64,000 nucleotides of DNA from Methanosarcinales archaeon (GTDB taxonomy: Bacteria > Omnitrophota > Gorgyraeia > Duberdicusellales > 4484-171), in NCBI GenBank assembly GCA_048634245.1, contig JAIWAR010000002.1:5418-69417 (forward strand). The letters run 5' to 3'. A program made the position numbers and the translations under genes. Numbering within the stretch: the first letter of the stretch is position 1; each line of letters opens with the position of its first letter. The notes under the pieces are model-generated. The model searched no databases and had not been told where the DNA came from. It saw only the letters and a program-made list of their open reading frames with translations. Shown here piece after piece: positions 8,163 through 17,652 of this stretch.

Positions 8163-8465
8163 TCATACTTTTCTTGCCAACACCTTATCTAATCTCATGC
8201 CGCCAACTAACAATTCTTTCTGCCCGCGATTCAACTGCTTAATCTTATATTCCGCCCTCATCGCATAGCACAAATGACAATACTCCTTTGTCCAAGCCAC
8301 CTTAACCGGCCTTTTGTATCGTGTATATTTAGCTCCCCGCTCACTTTCATTATGTTCTTTGATACGTTTTTCCAAATCATTAGTATATCCGGTATAGTAT
8401 GTTCTGTCAGAACACTCAAGAATATACACAAAAAATCTACCAGAATGCTTAAAATTAGACTTCAC
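8163..8465 (-). CDS. GIY-YIG nuclease family protein (YhbQ/UPF0213-like)
   Basis: FFVYILECSDRTYYTGYTNDLEKRIKEHN; 100 aa; GTG start. Confidence 0.75.
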   Translation of the reverse strand: MKSNFKHSGRFFVYILECSDRTYYTGYTNDLEKRIKEHNESERGAKYTRYKRPVKVAWTKEYCHLCYAMRAEYKIKQLNRGQKELLVGGMRLDKVLARKV

Positions 8466-8468
8466 GTT

Positions 8469-8566
8469 TAAATATTATAACAGGAAGGTGAAACTTAGAA
8501 AGAAATTTAGTCAACAGGAATATTTAAGACAATTTTCAACAATTAAGTGTGTGTCCCCGGAACTCC
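8469..8566. repeat. Copy B of the roughly 98-bp promoter/5'-leader cassette, upstream of the GIY-YIG gene
   Basis: About 93% identical to 7415-7512. TATAAT plus 8 nt plus GTG on the minus strand. Confidence 0.85.
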
Positions 8567-8625
8567 AAGTGAGCTGTCCCCGGAATTCTCCCGGAATTCC
8601 CCGGAATTCACACCCGAATTCATAT
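8548..8625. repeat. Degenerate tandem array (about 5 units) of a CCCCGGAAYTC motif
   Basis: gtccccggaactcc / gtccccggaattct / cccggaattcc / ccggaattcac / acccgaattcat read directly. Related single copies lie at 7500-7512, 8951-8967 and 10003-10020. Confidence 0.7.
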
Positions 8626-8910
8626 TATGTCACCAGTTTTAATGCGTACAGCAGCAAACCAGAAAGTCCGGTCATTCTTTAATAGGCTTTTTATGAGATT
8701 GTTATAATCAGCTCCGTTTATCTTAACTCTCTCTTCTTTCCAAAGCTCAATAAGTATATTTCTGATTTCAATTATAGAAGGCATTGATATTGCTAAAGCA
8801 ATGCATATTATAGGCACACCTTGAAAAAATTTTAATATTTCTTTGTAAGAGCTGTCTGATTCCATCTTATTTAAAAAAGATAATATTTCGTTATTTTTTG
8901 TTTCACACAT
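8620..8910 (-). CDS. Hypothetical protein (96 aa)
   Basis: Strong SD (aggaggagggg) before the ATG. No recognised domain. Confidence 0.4.
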   Translation of the reverse strand: MCETKNNEILSFLNKMESDSSYKEILKFFQGVPIICIALAISMPSIIEIRNILIELWKEERVKINGADYNNLIKSLLKNDRTFWFAAVRIKTGDII

Positions 8911-8969
8911 TACCCCTCCTCCTAATTACAATCACTAAATTTAATTTTAGTGTGCCCCCGGAATTACTC

Positions 8970-9932
8970 TTATTTCAATTTATCTGTTATCTGATAGATT
9001 ATTCCAGAGGCAATCTCAAGCTTAGGAAACCCTAATTTGCGCGCGGAAACTGTAATTTCTGTGGTTGTATTATTAAGTTTCTTAAGCTTAAAGGTTACAT
9101 TTACACCATTAACTACAGCACTTATGATGCCATCGGATTTATTCTCCCTTTTAACTACTCCCACCTGTTTAAGCACCTGTAATCCTGTGTCATAGGCCTT
9201 ATCCATTGTTACGTTAAAAGAAGCTTGGGCGTGGTCTTTTCCGGCAAAAAACAATACAGCAGCAACCGGTAAAGCCGCTATACCAGTTAACATTGAAGCA
9301 CCGTACACCTTAAGACCCTTGATCCCCGCTACCTTTAATGGTTCAGAAATAATCAAGGCAGCAAGCTGCCCAACGCTGGTAATATTCTTGTAACTCTTCT
9401 TGAGATTTACATCATACACCTTGATAACCGCCGGGCCCTCAACGCTATAATCCTTACTCACTATTCTGCCTATAGCTAAATTCGCAAGGTCAATTTGTAT
9501 CGCCATCTTTTTCGCGGGTTTTTTTACTCTTTTCTTTGGAGCTTTTGCCTTTTGCTCCTCAATTATCTTAAGAGAATCTACATTAAGTTTTCCTTCTTTA
9601 TTCTTAATCATACACACTTCTTTAAGCTCGAAGTCTATCTGCTTAAGATGAATCTTGCCTCTTATAAGTGCTCCTAAGTTATAGGCAACATATATCTTTG
9701 GAATATCGACAAGAATATCCTTTGGAAACCCCTTAGGATTATACATCCTGAAATTGGATATTTTGATCGATTGTCTTATTACGCTTAAGGACAGTCCGCC
9801 TACGTGAGTAGGGGCGCCTGTAACACTACCTGCGACAGTGCCGATGAGTGACTTGATAAGAAAATCCCTGACCAAACAAACTCCAAAAATAAGGACGATT
9901 ACCAGAATTATAATCTTGATTTTCTTCTGCAT
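8970..9932 (-). CDS. Membrane-anchored/exported hypothetical protein with a DUF3568-like C-terminal domain
   Basis: N-terminal hydrophobic segment IKIIILVIVLIFGVCLV. GAAGGAGG SD before the internal MQKK start; the ORF could extend to 9956. Confidence 0.5.
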   Translation of the reverse strand: MQKKIKIIILVIVLIFGVCLVRDFLIKSLIGTVAGSVTGAPTHVGGLSLSVIRQSIKISNFRMYNPKGFPKDILVDIPKIYVAYNLGALIRGKIHLKQIDFELKEVCMIKNKEGKLNVDSLKIIEEQKAKAPKKRVKKPAKKMAIQIDLANLAIGRIVSKDYSVEGPAVIKVYDVNLKKSYKNITSVGQLAALIISEPLKVAGIKGLKVYGASMLTGIAALPVAAVLFFAGKDHAQASFNVTMDKAYDTGLQVLKQVGVVKRENKSDGIISAVVNGVNVTFKLKKLNNTTTEITVSARKLGFPKLEIASGIIYQITDKLK

Positions 9933-10061
9933 TAGTACCTCCTTCAAGCACACCAATATGGCGGCTTAATTTTCCTTAAATCTATGTGAATAGTTATGGT
10001 AGCTGCCCCCGGAACTCCAGAACTCTTTAAATGTCTAATGTCAAGGTTTGACCCGTTATTA

Positions 10062-10610
10062 TTAGAAATAATATTTTATTCCTCCGCTGTATTGCCAGCT
10101 ATATACATCGAGGTTGGTCTTTTCCCCCGGATCAGTATAAAAATGAACTGCTTCAAGATTTACCGCCCAATTCTTTGTTAAAAAATATTCAGCCCCCACA
10201 CCCGCTTTATAGGCAAAAGCAACGACTTTATCCTTTTTCTCTGTAGAATGTAAATCGTCATAACTGAAAAATGCTAACCCCATACCAACCACAACATAGG
10301 GAACAATCTTATCAGACGTAGCTCGTAACTCTAGATTTGTGAAAAGCGTATAAATCCTTGTTTTTGAATCCCATTTCGATTTTAATCTAAAACTTCCAGC
10401 TTCTAACTCCCCAACTAAATTATTGTTAATGCCATAACTAAGGTTTATTCTGCTTAAGCCATTAAAGGTATCCTTATATTCCGCATCCTCGGGGAGAATA
10501 TAGCTTGCATCTAAGCCCAATGCCCATCTATTTTCTATCTTCTGGCAAAAACCAGGCCTACAAAAAACAGTAAATATAATTAGAGCCGTTAAAACAATTA
10601 CTCGCCTCAT
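10062..10610 (-). CDS. Outer-membrane beta-barrel protein (OmpA/OmpW-like porin family)
   Basis: Signal peptide, alternating amphipathic strands, C-terminal ...GGIKYYF aromatic terminus. SD gaaggggg before the MRRVIV start. Confidence 0.6.
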   Translation of the reverse strand: MRRVIVLTALIIFTVFCRPGFCQKIENRWALGLDASYILPEDAEYKDTFNGLSRINLSYGINNNLVGELEAGSFRLKSKWDSKTRIYTLFTNLELRATSDKIVPYVVVGMGLAFFSYDDLHSTEKKDKVVAFAYKAGVGAEYFLTKNWAVNLEAVHFYTDPGEKTNLDVYSWQYSGGIKYYF

Positions 10611-10655
10611 AAATACACCCCCTTCGTTAGAGAAAAACTTCATTGCTCCCTCTAT

Positions 10656-11423
10656 TTATTGCTTTTTCACCCCTTCCCTGATCATCGGCACAAATCTAAC
10701 CGGAATAATGCTGGTAGTTTTTATCCGGCCATTTAGTTTTTCTAATAATTTCAGCTCCTGCCAATGAACCCCTACCGGAATAACCATTCTTCCGCCTTCA
10801 GCTAACTGTCCAACCAATACTTGCGGAATTTCGGGCGGGGCACAGGTGACGATGATAGCATCAAAAGGCGCATATTCTGCCCAGCCAAGATACCCATCAC
10901 CGCTTTTGACAGTAATATTTTCATATCCTAAATCCTCTAAGGTTTTTTCTGCCTGTCTGGCTAAAAGCTCCAATATCTCAATAGTATAAACTTCTTTAGC
11001 CAATTCAGCTAAAATGGCGGCCTGATAGCCTGAACCGGTTCCAATCTCTAAAACTCTATCATCACTATCCAGATTTAATAATTCGGTCATCAAGGCAACA
11101 ATATAAGGTTGAGAAATCGTCTGCTCTTCTCCGATAGGCAAAGGACAATCGCTATAAGCCAATTTCTGAATACGAGCCGGGACAAAAAGATGTCTTTTTA
11201 CCTTAAACATCGCCTTTAACAATCGTTCATCCCTAATACCTCGCGCCTTTATCTGCGTTTCTATCATATCTCTTCTTGCTTGAACAAACCCTATTTCCTC
11301 CTCAGAAAATTTATGTTCGGCGCCGGCTGAATCAACGCCACCAACCATACAAAACAAACTAATTACCAGAACCAAGATTCCCTTTCCCTGATTAAAAATA
11401 CTTCTGCGTAAACTAAGCATCAT
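10656..11423 (-). CDS. pcm: Protein-L-isoaspartate O-methyltransferase (with N-terminal signal peptide)
   Basis: ISQPYIVALMTELL...VLEIGTGSGYQAAILAELA SAM-binding motifs. Confidence 0.85.
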   Translation of the reverse strand: MMLSLRRSIFNQGKGILVLVISLFCMVGGVDSAGAEHKFSEEEIGFVQARRDMIETQIKARGIRDERLLKAMFKVKRHLFVPARIQKLAYSDCPLPIGEEQTISQPYIVALMTELLNLDSDDRVLEIGTGSGYQAAILAELAKEVYTIEILELLARQAEKTLEDLGYENITVKSGDGYLGWAEYAPFDAIIVTCAPPEIPQVLVGQLAEGGRMVIPVGVHWQELKLLEKLNGRIKTTSIIPVRFVPMIREGVKKQ

Positions 11424-11460
11424 GAATAGTGATATCTTTTAAAAACTCTGTTCATAAAGT

Positions 11461-11949
11461 TTAATTATGTCTACCCAGGGATTCTTTTAACATAACGAGA
11501 TCAGCCAGATGCTTCTTCTCCTCATCAATAACTTTCTCTATTATTGATTGCTTTGCTGTTAATACGTATTTTCTTAAAGCAGAGTAAGTAAGAATTGACT
11601 CTTTCTCTATATATATCCCAAAGTCAACAGCCTCCAAATCAGAGCTAAATCCTTCTTTAGTCTTCTTCTCTATTAACTCCTGAGTAAAAATATATTCAGA
11701 GGCAATCGCCCTCAAATATGCCGCGTATTCACCGGGACTAAACTCATAAACAATATAATCTTTCACGTTATCAAGCATTGTCTGAAAAGTCTGACCATGA
11801 ACTTCCTCCTGCTCCTTCATATATTTCCAGGTTGCCTTTAGTGACTCGCTTTTCGCTTTACTCTCTAAGGTTTCATATAGATTTTTACCGTTCTTCTCAA
11901 CATTAACAGCAATTCTTAATATTTCCTGAGGACTAAAAATATTTTCCAT
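11461..11949 (-). CDS. Ferritin-like/rubrerythrin-type four-helix-bundle protein (putative)
   Basis: ExxH-like motifs (EQEEVHGQTF, EEKKHLADL). Adjacent to superoxide reductase. Confidence 0.4.
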   Translation of the reverse strand: MENIFSPQEILRIAVNVEKNGKNLYETLESKAKSESLKATWKYMKEQEEVHGQTFQTMLDNVKDYIVYEFSPGEYAAYLRAIASEYIFTQELIEKKTKEGFSSDLEAVDFGIYIEKESILTYSALRKYVLTAKQSIIEKVIDEEKKHLADLVMLKESLGRHN

Positions 11950-11969
11950 TATGCACCCCCATATTTTAA

Positions 11970-12404
11970 TTACAGATTCATTTCCTTAATCCAAGCGCCA
12001 TGAAGATTACAAAACTCAACAACCGAAAGCTTGCCGCTATGAGTTTTAAAGTGAAGGCTGGCGGCCGGATTAAGTTTTTCAGGAGTCAATATTACCCTTG
12101 AGATAAATTCATTATCTATATAAAAATCAATGTGAGTAATATAGTGCTCCGGCTTCATTGGGTGCTCAATCTCGCCAATCTTCACATGCACGTCCTGACA
12201 ACCTTCCAGAATTAGCCCGCATTTCTTTGCCGCTGTGATAACCGGAGTATGCTTTTCGCTCAAACTTACTTCATCCTTAGATGTTTTTATAGCATCCTGC
12301 TTCTCTTGAAAGGATATTTTTGGCGCGCCGCATACAGGACATTTTTCCGGAGCACTGCCATTTATCGATATAAACCCGCAGACTTTACAAACATACCCCT
12401 TCAT
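11970..12404 (-). CDS. Superoxide reductase (desulfoferrodoxin-like) with an N-terminal rubredoxin-type Cys4 domain
   Basis: CKVCG...CPVCG N-terminal. SEKHTPVI, H...H...C..H SOR centre II motifs. Confidence 0.75.
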   Translation of the reverse strand: MKGYVCKVCGFISINGSAPEKCPVCGAPKISFQEKQDAIKTSKDEVSLSEKHTPVITAAKKCGLILEGCQDVHVKIGEIEHPMKPEHYITHIDFYIDNEFISRVILTPEKLNPAASLHFKTHSGKLSVVEFCNLHGAWIKEMNL

Positions 12405-12511
12405 TATCTACCCCCTTTTGTTGCGCGCGAAAAAAACGATGTTTATGAATTTACAGTATTCATCTGCGCTAAAAAGTTACCTAATTACTGAGCACATATA
12501 TCTGTCCCCTT

Positions 12512-13909
12512 TTATCTTTGCTTAATAGGAAGATATTGTTTATCAAAAGGCCCGGTATACATTGCCCTGGGGCGAAAAATGCGGTTATTCTCAAGATATT
12601 CCATCACCCGCGCAGTCCATCCTGCTACCCGGCTCACTGTAAACATAGGGGTAAAAAACTCAGTGGGGATACCAAGAGCATGGTAGGCAATACCTGAATA
12701 AAAATCAACATTAGGAAATATTTTCTTCTTTACGCCCAAGGTTGAGATAACCACCTCCTCCAAGCTCCGGGCAACCCTAAACAACGACAAAGATTCTTTA
12801 TTGTTTTCAACAAGATATTCAGCTAAAGGCGATAAAATGCGGGCCCGCGGATCATAGGCCTTATATACCCTATGCCCAAAACCCATAATTTTATCCTTCT
12901 TTTTTCGGGAGTTTTCATACCAGGATTTCACGTTTTTAATACTGCCTATTTCTTTTAGCATATGAATAACCCGTTCGTTAGCTCCGCCGTGAAGAGGCCC
13001 ATTAAGAGCGGCAATGCCTGAGCCCACAGAAAAATAAATATCGGATAAAGTAGAAGCAACCACCATTGCCGCAAAAGTACTTGCATTCATGCCATGGTCC
13101 GCATGCAAAATAAGCATTATATCCATAATGCGTTCTTCTTCCGGAGAAGGTTTTTTACCTGTTATCATATAAAGTAAATTAGCCGCATGGCCTAAAGCCG
13201 GATCAGGCTCAACAGGAGAATGCCCTTGATGGATTCGGGCAATAATTGCCGCGATTGAGGCGACACCGGCTATTAAGTGGTAGCAGGACATGTAACCCGC
13301 TGCTGTTCCTAAGCCTGCGGGTGATTTTGAACTTTTAATACCCCTCTTCCCCTTAAATTCATAAATAGCGCGCTCTTCTCCCCGGGGCGGTGTTTCCATA
13401 GGAATGGAATCTTCATCGGTACCGATTATATTTGCTTCGCTAAACCTGCTGTCATCTTTATCTGCATGGGTGAATTCCTGACGCATAAGATTTACGCCAA
13501 GCCTTAATGCTGCCATAGGGCTCATCTTTTCAACAGAAAAATTCTGCAGCAGCCCTAAGGTGCCGGAAACATCGCGACATTTTATAAGTTTACGATTAAA
13601 TGCCTTCAGCTGTGATGCCGTAGGAAGATTACCATGCAAAAGCAAATAACTAACTTCTTCATATGTAGAATTTGCGCATAAATCGAATATATCGTATCCG
13701 CGATAGATAAGCCATCCCTTAGCTCCATTCACATAGCCGATTTTACTCTCGCAGGCAATCGCACCTTCAAGCCCCGGGCCTACAATACATTCTACGGGCC
13801 AGTTAATAGGTTTGGTAAGAGCCGGCTCGGGTTCGGTGTTAGTTTCTCTCCGGGCTTTTTTTGCGGCATTAAGCACCAATTTTGTAATTTTTTTTGTATT
13901 TTCATTCAT
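12512..13909 (-). CDS. gltA: Citrate synthase
   Basis: GFGHRVYKAYDPRA and conserved His/Asp active-site context. Confidence 0.85.
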   Translation of the reverse strand: MNENTKKITKLVLNAAKKARRETNTEPEPALTKPINWPVECIVGPGLEGAIACESKIGYVNGAKGWLIYRGYDIFDLCANSTYEEVSYLLLHGNLPTASQLKAFNRKLIKCRDVSGTLGLLQNFSVEKMSPMAALRLGVNLMRQEFTHADKDDSRFSEANIIGTDEDSIPMETPPRGEERAIYEFKGKRGIKSSKSPAGLGTAAGYMSCYHLIAGVASIAAIIARIHQGHSPVEPDPALGHAANLLYMITGKKPSPEEERIMDIMLILHADHGMNASTFAAMVVASTLSDIYFSVGSGIAALNGPLHGGANERVIHMLKEIGSIKNVKSWYENSRKKKDKIMGFGHRVYKAYDPRARILSPLAEYLVENNKESLSLFRVARSLEEVVISTLGVKKKIFPNVDFYSGIAYHALGIPTEFFTPMFTVSRVAGWTARVMEYLENNRIFRPRAMYTGPFDKQYLPIKQR

Positions 13910-13920
13910 ATATTTCCCTC

Positions 13921-14847
13921 TTATAGATGTAGCTTATTAATATTTTTTCTCACTGCCTCACTGGATTTCTTGAGGGCTTCTTTTTCTTGAGCAGTTATTT
14001 CGATTTCAATAATCTCCTCAACACCTTTGCTGGAAAGCCTTACCGGCACCCCGCAGTAAACATCCTTGATTCCATACTCTCCGTTTAAATAAGCACTGCA
14101 GGGCAAAACTTTTTTCTCATCAAGAAGAATGCTTTTTGCCATCTCAACCGCTGCGGCAGAAGGCGCGTAATAAGCAGAACCTTTCTTAAGCAAATTAACG
14201 ATTTCTACTCCGCCGCTTCTGGTTCTGTTATTAATTTGCTCTATTTTTTCCTTTAAGAGAAGCCCTTCAATAGGCTTTTCCTTAAACCTGGAGTAACGAA
14301 GTAGTGGAATCATTAAATCACCGTGCCCCCCAAGGATAACAGCTTCTATCTCATGAGGAAAAACTCCTAAAGCCTCCGCGACAAAATATCTGTAACGAGC
14401 TGAATCAAGTATACCGGCCATACCTATTACCCGGGCAGCCAAAAATCCCGAAACCTTATAAGACAGATAAGCCATGACATCAAGCGGATTTGTAACAATA
14501 ATCAATATTGCATTCGGGCTAAGAGCAGAAGTTTTCTCGACAATTTGCCGCACAATTTCAGCATTAGCTTTCAGGAGATCATCCCGGCTCATTCCGGGCT
14601 TTCGGGGTAATCCGGCAGTAATAATAACAATATCGCTTTCTTTTGTATCACAATAATCATTTGTCCCGATTATCTTTGCTTTAAAGCCCTCTATGGGAGC
14701 CGATTCCATCAAATCCAATGCTATACCCTGAGGAAGCCCCTCTACTATATCTACAAGCACAACATCAGCAAGATCCTTTTCGACAATCCGCCGGGCAGTA
14801 GTTGACCCAACAAATCCTGCACCTACAACTGTAACTTTCTTATCCAT
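13921..14847 (-). CDS. mdh: Malate dehydrogenase (LDH-like MDH family)
   Basis: KVTVVGAGFVGS Rossmann motif, IVTNPLD, GGHGD. Confidence 0.85.
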   Translation of the reverse strand: MDKKVTVVGAGFVGSTTARRIVEKDLADVVLVDIVEGLPQGIALDLMESAPIEGFKAKIIGTNDYCDTKESDIVIITAGLPRKPGMSRDDLLKANAEIVRQIVEKTSALSPNAILIIVTNPLDVMAYLSYKVSGFLAARVIGMAGILDSARYRYFVAEALGVFPHEIEAVILGGHGDLMIPLLRYSRFKEKPIEGLLLKEKIEQINNRTRSGGVEIVNLLKKGSAYYAPSAAAVEMAKSILLDEKKVLPCSAYLNGEYGIKDVYCGVPVRLSSKGVEEIIEIEITAQEKEALKKSSEAVRKNINKLHL

Positions 14848-14898
14848 AAATTCTGCTATTTAGAAAACCTCAATTATTACCGGGGCATTATAACACAG

Positions 14899-15405
14899 CT
14901 AAATCTGATTGGTATTTTTAATTTGTGCGCCTCGTAGGTGGGCAAATTTTAGGTGAGTTGGAGTCAAATCAACTATATCTTCCACCACCATTCTAATAAG
15001 ATACTGCGGCTGAGGAAAGAGCGCTTCGGGATGGTAGGAACTCTTTTTTTCTTTTTTTATATCATCAATCACCCTCTTAGATACTCTTTGAATAACCTTA
15101 TTTTCCCAGTTCAGACTGATATCGTTCTTTATTTTTTTTCTGTCGACAATCTCTGCTTTACCCTTTAGAGTATATCCGGTAAACTTACTCTCATCAATTG
15201 CCGTAATACTTACAACAGGATTTCTCTTGAGATTATCAAAGGTTTTTCCCTGGTAAAGGTCTATTAGATATATCTCTCCCTTTTTCTTTATCCCCGCGAT
15301 GCCCTTTGCGGAACAATGAATCTTCCCATCCGCATCCAACGTAGATACGATAACAAACCCCTGCCCATGGAATAAATGAATTATTTTCAAAGTCAATTTC
15401 TTCAT
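14899..15405 (-). CDS. Pyridoxamine 5'-phosphate oxidase-like FMN-binding split-barrel protein
   Basis: Size and general PNPOx-like pattern; weak. Confidence 0.45.
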   Translation of the reverse strand: MKKLTLKIIHLFHGQGFVIVSTLDADGKIHCSAKGIAGIKKKGEIYLIDLYQGKTFDNLKRNPVVSITAIDESKFTGYTLKGKAEIVDRKKIKNDISLNWENKVIQRVSKRVIDDIKKEKKSSYHPEALFPQPQYLIRMVVEDIVDLTPTHLKFAHLRGAQIKNTNQI

Positions 15406-15458
15406 ATTAATTTATCCTCCTTCAATTGGCCTAAAACCCGCAAATAGATAGATACCTT

Positions 15459-16496
15459 TTAAAATAGTTTATTAGCGACAATACCTAAAATAATCACCTG
15501 GGGAACGGTTATAATCGGCAGCCAAATCGCTACCCGCTTACCAACATTATGCCACAGGAGGCCGATTTCAGTATAATCGGTAACTACCCCGGCCATAAGA
15601 AAAACAAAACTATTTCCAAAAGCCCCGGTCTGCCTAAATAATTCAAAAGCCATGGGAGCTGAGCCTTCAGAACATACTTCAATTACCGTAGCCACTAAAA
15701 GAGTAACCAAAAGGCCGAAAATAGTCGGACCCATATAATTAGTAAAAATATTAGCCGGCACATAAGCTCCGGCTAAACCGGCCAAGCCCATACCGATTAA
15801 AATCCACCAAAGCACCATATTGCTTAATGATACCGCTCCTTTAATAATACCTTTAATATCCGACTTAAAAATTTCAAAAGACCAGCAATGCTCTTTAAAT
15901 CTCTTTTTAACGTCCTTAAGAATAGAAAAATCTTCTTCGATCTCTATAATGTTATGGTTTTTTTCAATAAGATTTCTTCTTTCCAGAAATTGAAAAATGA
16001 ATCCGGTTATTATCGCAATCACCACGGCCGAAATTATTATAAACAAAGCTTTTAGGCCGAAAAATCCAATAAGTATTATCGTAAGGACTAAATTCGCCCA
16101 GGGGCTAGCGAGCAAAAACGACACCACCGCCGGATTCGACGCGCCTTTTTTATGCAGCTCTATAGAAAGTGCCAGAATCCCGTGAGAACAAACACTCATA
16201 AAAAAACCTAAAATCACCGAATAAAGAATAGTTCTCTTCTTCGGTTTAGACAAAACATGAGTAACATATTCTTTAGGTATATAATAATCAATTACTCCTC
16301 CCAAAACTAAACCCAAAATAATAGCCCACCAGATAGCCTTAAAATACATTGATAATGAATTTCTAAAAGGCACCAAAAAGGGCACCGCGTATGACAGCAA
16401 AACCAAACCCAGTAAAATTGAAGCGATAATAAGAGTTTTATTTTTGTAAATAGAAGCTTTTGGGCAGTTTAAGCAGATTGGGATATCTTTAGCCAT
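15459..16496 (-). CDS. Predicted permease (COG0701/DUF318-like polytopic membrane protein)
   Basis: Multiple TM segments and an internal duplication pattern. Confidence 0.5.
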   Translation of the reverse strand: MAKDIPICLNCPKASIYKNKTLIIASILLGLVLLSYAVPFLVPFRNSLSMYFKAIWWAIILGLVLGGVIDYYIPKEYVTHVLSKPKKRTILYSVILGFFMSVCSHGILALSIELHKKGASNPAVVSFLLASPWANLVLTIILIGFFGLKALFIIISAVVIAIITGFIFQFLERRNLIEKNHNIIEIEEDFSILKDVKKRFKEHCWSFEIFKSDIKGIIKGAVSLSNMVLWWILIGMGLAGLAGAYVPANIFTNYMGPTIFGLLVTLLVATVIEVCSEGSAPMAFELFRQTGAFGNSFVFLMAGVVTDYTEIGLLWHNVGKRVAIWLPIITVPQVIILGIVANKLF

Positions 16497-16577
16497 AATG
16501 AATAGGCCTTAAAGGTTTAATCATCTTGCGATAATTTTTTATTTGCCGCTCCTCTTATTCTATGTTAGCATAAATCA

Positions 16578-17609
16578 ATGCTTTCCCAAATAAAAAAGAA
16601 AATTAACCACGAGCTTTGTCTTTTCCTCCAAAATGCTGATAGACTCTACTCCTTAAGAGCAATATCGCCCTTACTATTTAGAAGTATTAAGGACTTTATT
16701 CAGAGAGACGGCAAACGCATACGCCCTATCCTCTTTATTTTAGGTTACCAGGGTTTTAGCGAAAAAAAAGCGCCTGGCCTTTATCAAAGCGCTCTCTGCG
16801 TAGAACTCCTTCATGATTTTTTTCTCATTCACGACGATATAATCGACAAGTCTGATACCCGCCGGAGTAAACCCTCTTTACATAAGATATTCGATAAATA
16901 CCTAATCAAATATCGGAATCTCAAATTTAACGGCCAGGACTTAGCAATTGTAGCCGCCGATATCATCTACGCCTTAGCGATTAATGCCTTTCTGACAATA
17001 AAAGAAGATCCTCAACGCAAAGAAAAAGCTTTACAAAGGTTCCTTAAAGCTTCAGTCCATACCGCCGGCGGAGAGTTTATTGAACTTTTAGCCGGGGCAA
17101 AAAAAATTAAAAATTTAACTAAGAAGGAAATTTACAAAATTTATGACTATAAAACCGCTCATTACACCTTTGCCTCGCCGCTTGCAATGGGAGCAAGATT
17201 AGCCGGAGCTGCTCAAAATCAAATTGATATACTCACGAGTTACAGCCTCTATCTGGGGAGAGCTTTCCAGATAAAAGATGATATTCTGGGTTTATTTTTT
17301 GACCAGAAAAAAATCGGTAAATCAACACTTTCGGACCTGCAGGAAGCAAAAAAAACCCTGCTTATCTGGTATGCTTATAATCACACCAACCAAAAAAATA
17401 AGTCTTTTATAGAAAAAACTTTCTTAAAAAAGAAAGTGACAAAAAATGACTTATTAGCAGTACGAAAAATAGCAGAAGAATCCGGGGCGCTAAATTACGC
17501 TCAAGGTGAAATCTATAATCTCACCGGGAAAGCAAAAACTATAATCGCATCGGCCAAGATGAAAATCAAGTACAAGAATCTTCTTTCCCGGTACACCGAA
17601 CAATTCTAA
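16578..17609 (+). CDS. Polyprenyl (isoprenyl) diphosphate synthase
   Basis: First and second Asp-rich motifs FLIHDDIIDKSD and FQIKDDILG. Confidence 0.8.
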   Translation: MLSQIKKKINHELCLFLQNADRLYSLRAISPLLFRSIKDFIQRDGKRIRPILFILGYQGFSEKKAPGLYQSALCVELLHDFFLIHDDIIDKSDTRRSKPSLHKIFDKYLIKYRNLKFNGQDLAIVAADIIYALAINAFLTIKEDPQRKEKALQRFLKASVHTAGGEFIELLAGAKKIKNLTKKEIYKIYDYKTAHYTFASPLAMGARLAGAAQNQIDILTSYSLYLGRAFQIKDDILGLFFDQKKIGKSTLSDLQEAKKTLLIWYAYNHTNQKNKSFIEKTFLKKKVTKNDLLAVRKIAEESGALNYAQGEIYNLTGKAKTIIASAKMKIKYKNLLSRYTEQF

Positions 17610-17652
17610 CCATCTGAGTAAAGCCTGGCTTCACTCAGAAAAAGGGAAAAAT

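Noticed and set aside
8548-8625. Possible CRISPR array
   Set aside because: Units are about 10-11 bp, degenerate and directly abutting with no spacers, and there are no cas genes. This is a short tandem motif array, not a CRISPR.
8488-8682. Plus-strand ORF of 64 aa
   Set aside because: It is translated through the repeat cassette and motif array and has no RBS. It is almost certainly a repeat-derived spurious ORF.
8945-8970. Sigma-54 promoter suggested by GGCAC in the gagtaattccgggggcacac motif
   Set aside because: No TTGC(A/T) -12 element occurs at the required spacing.
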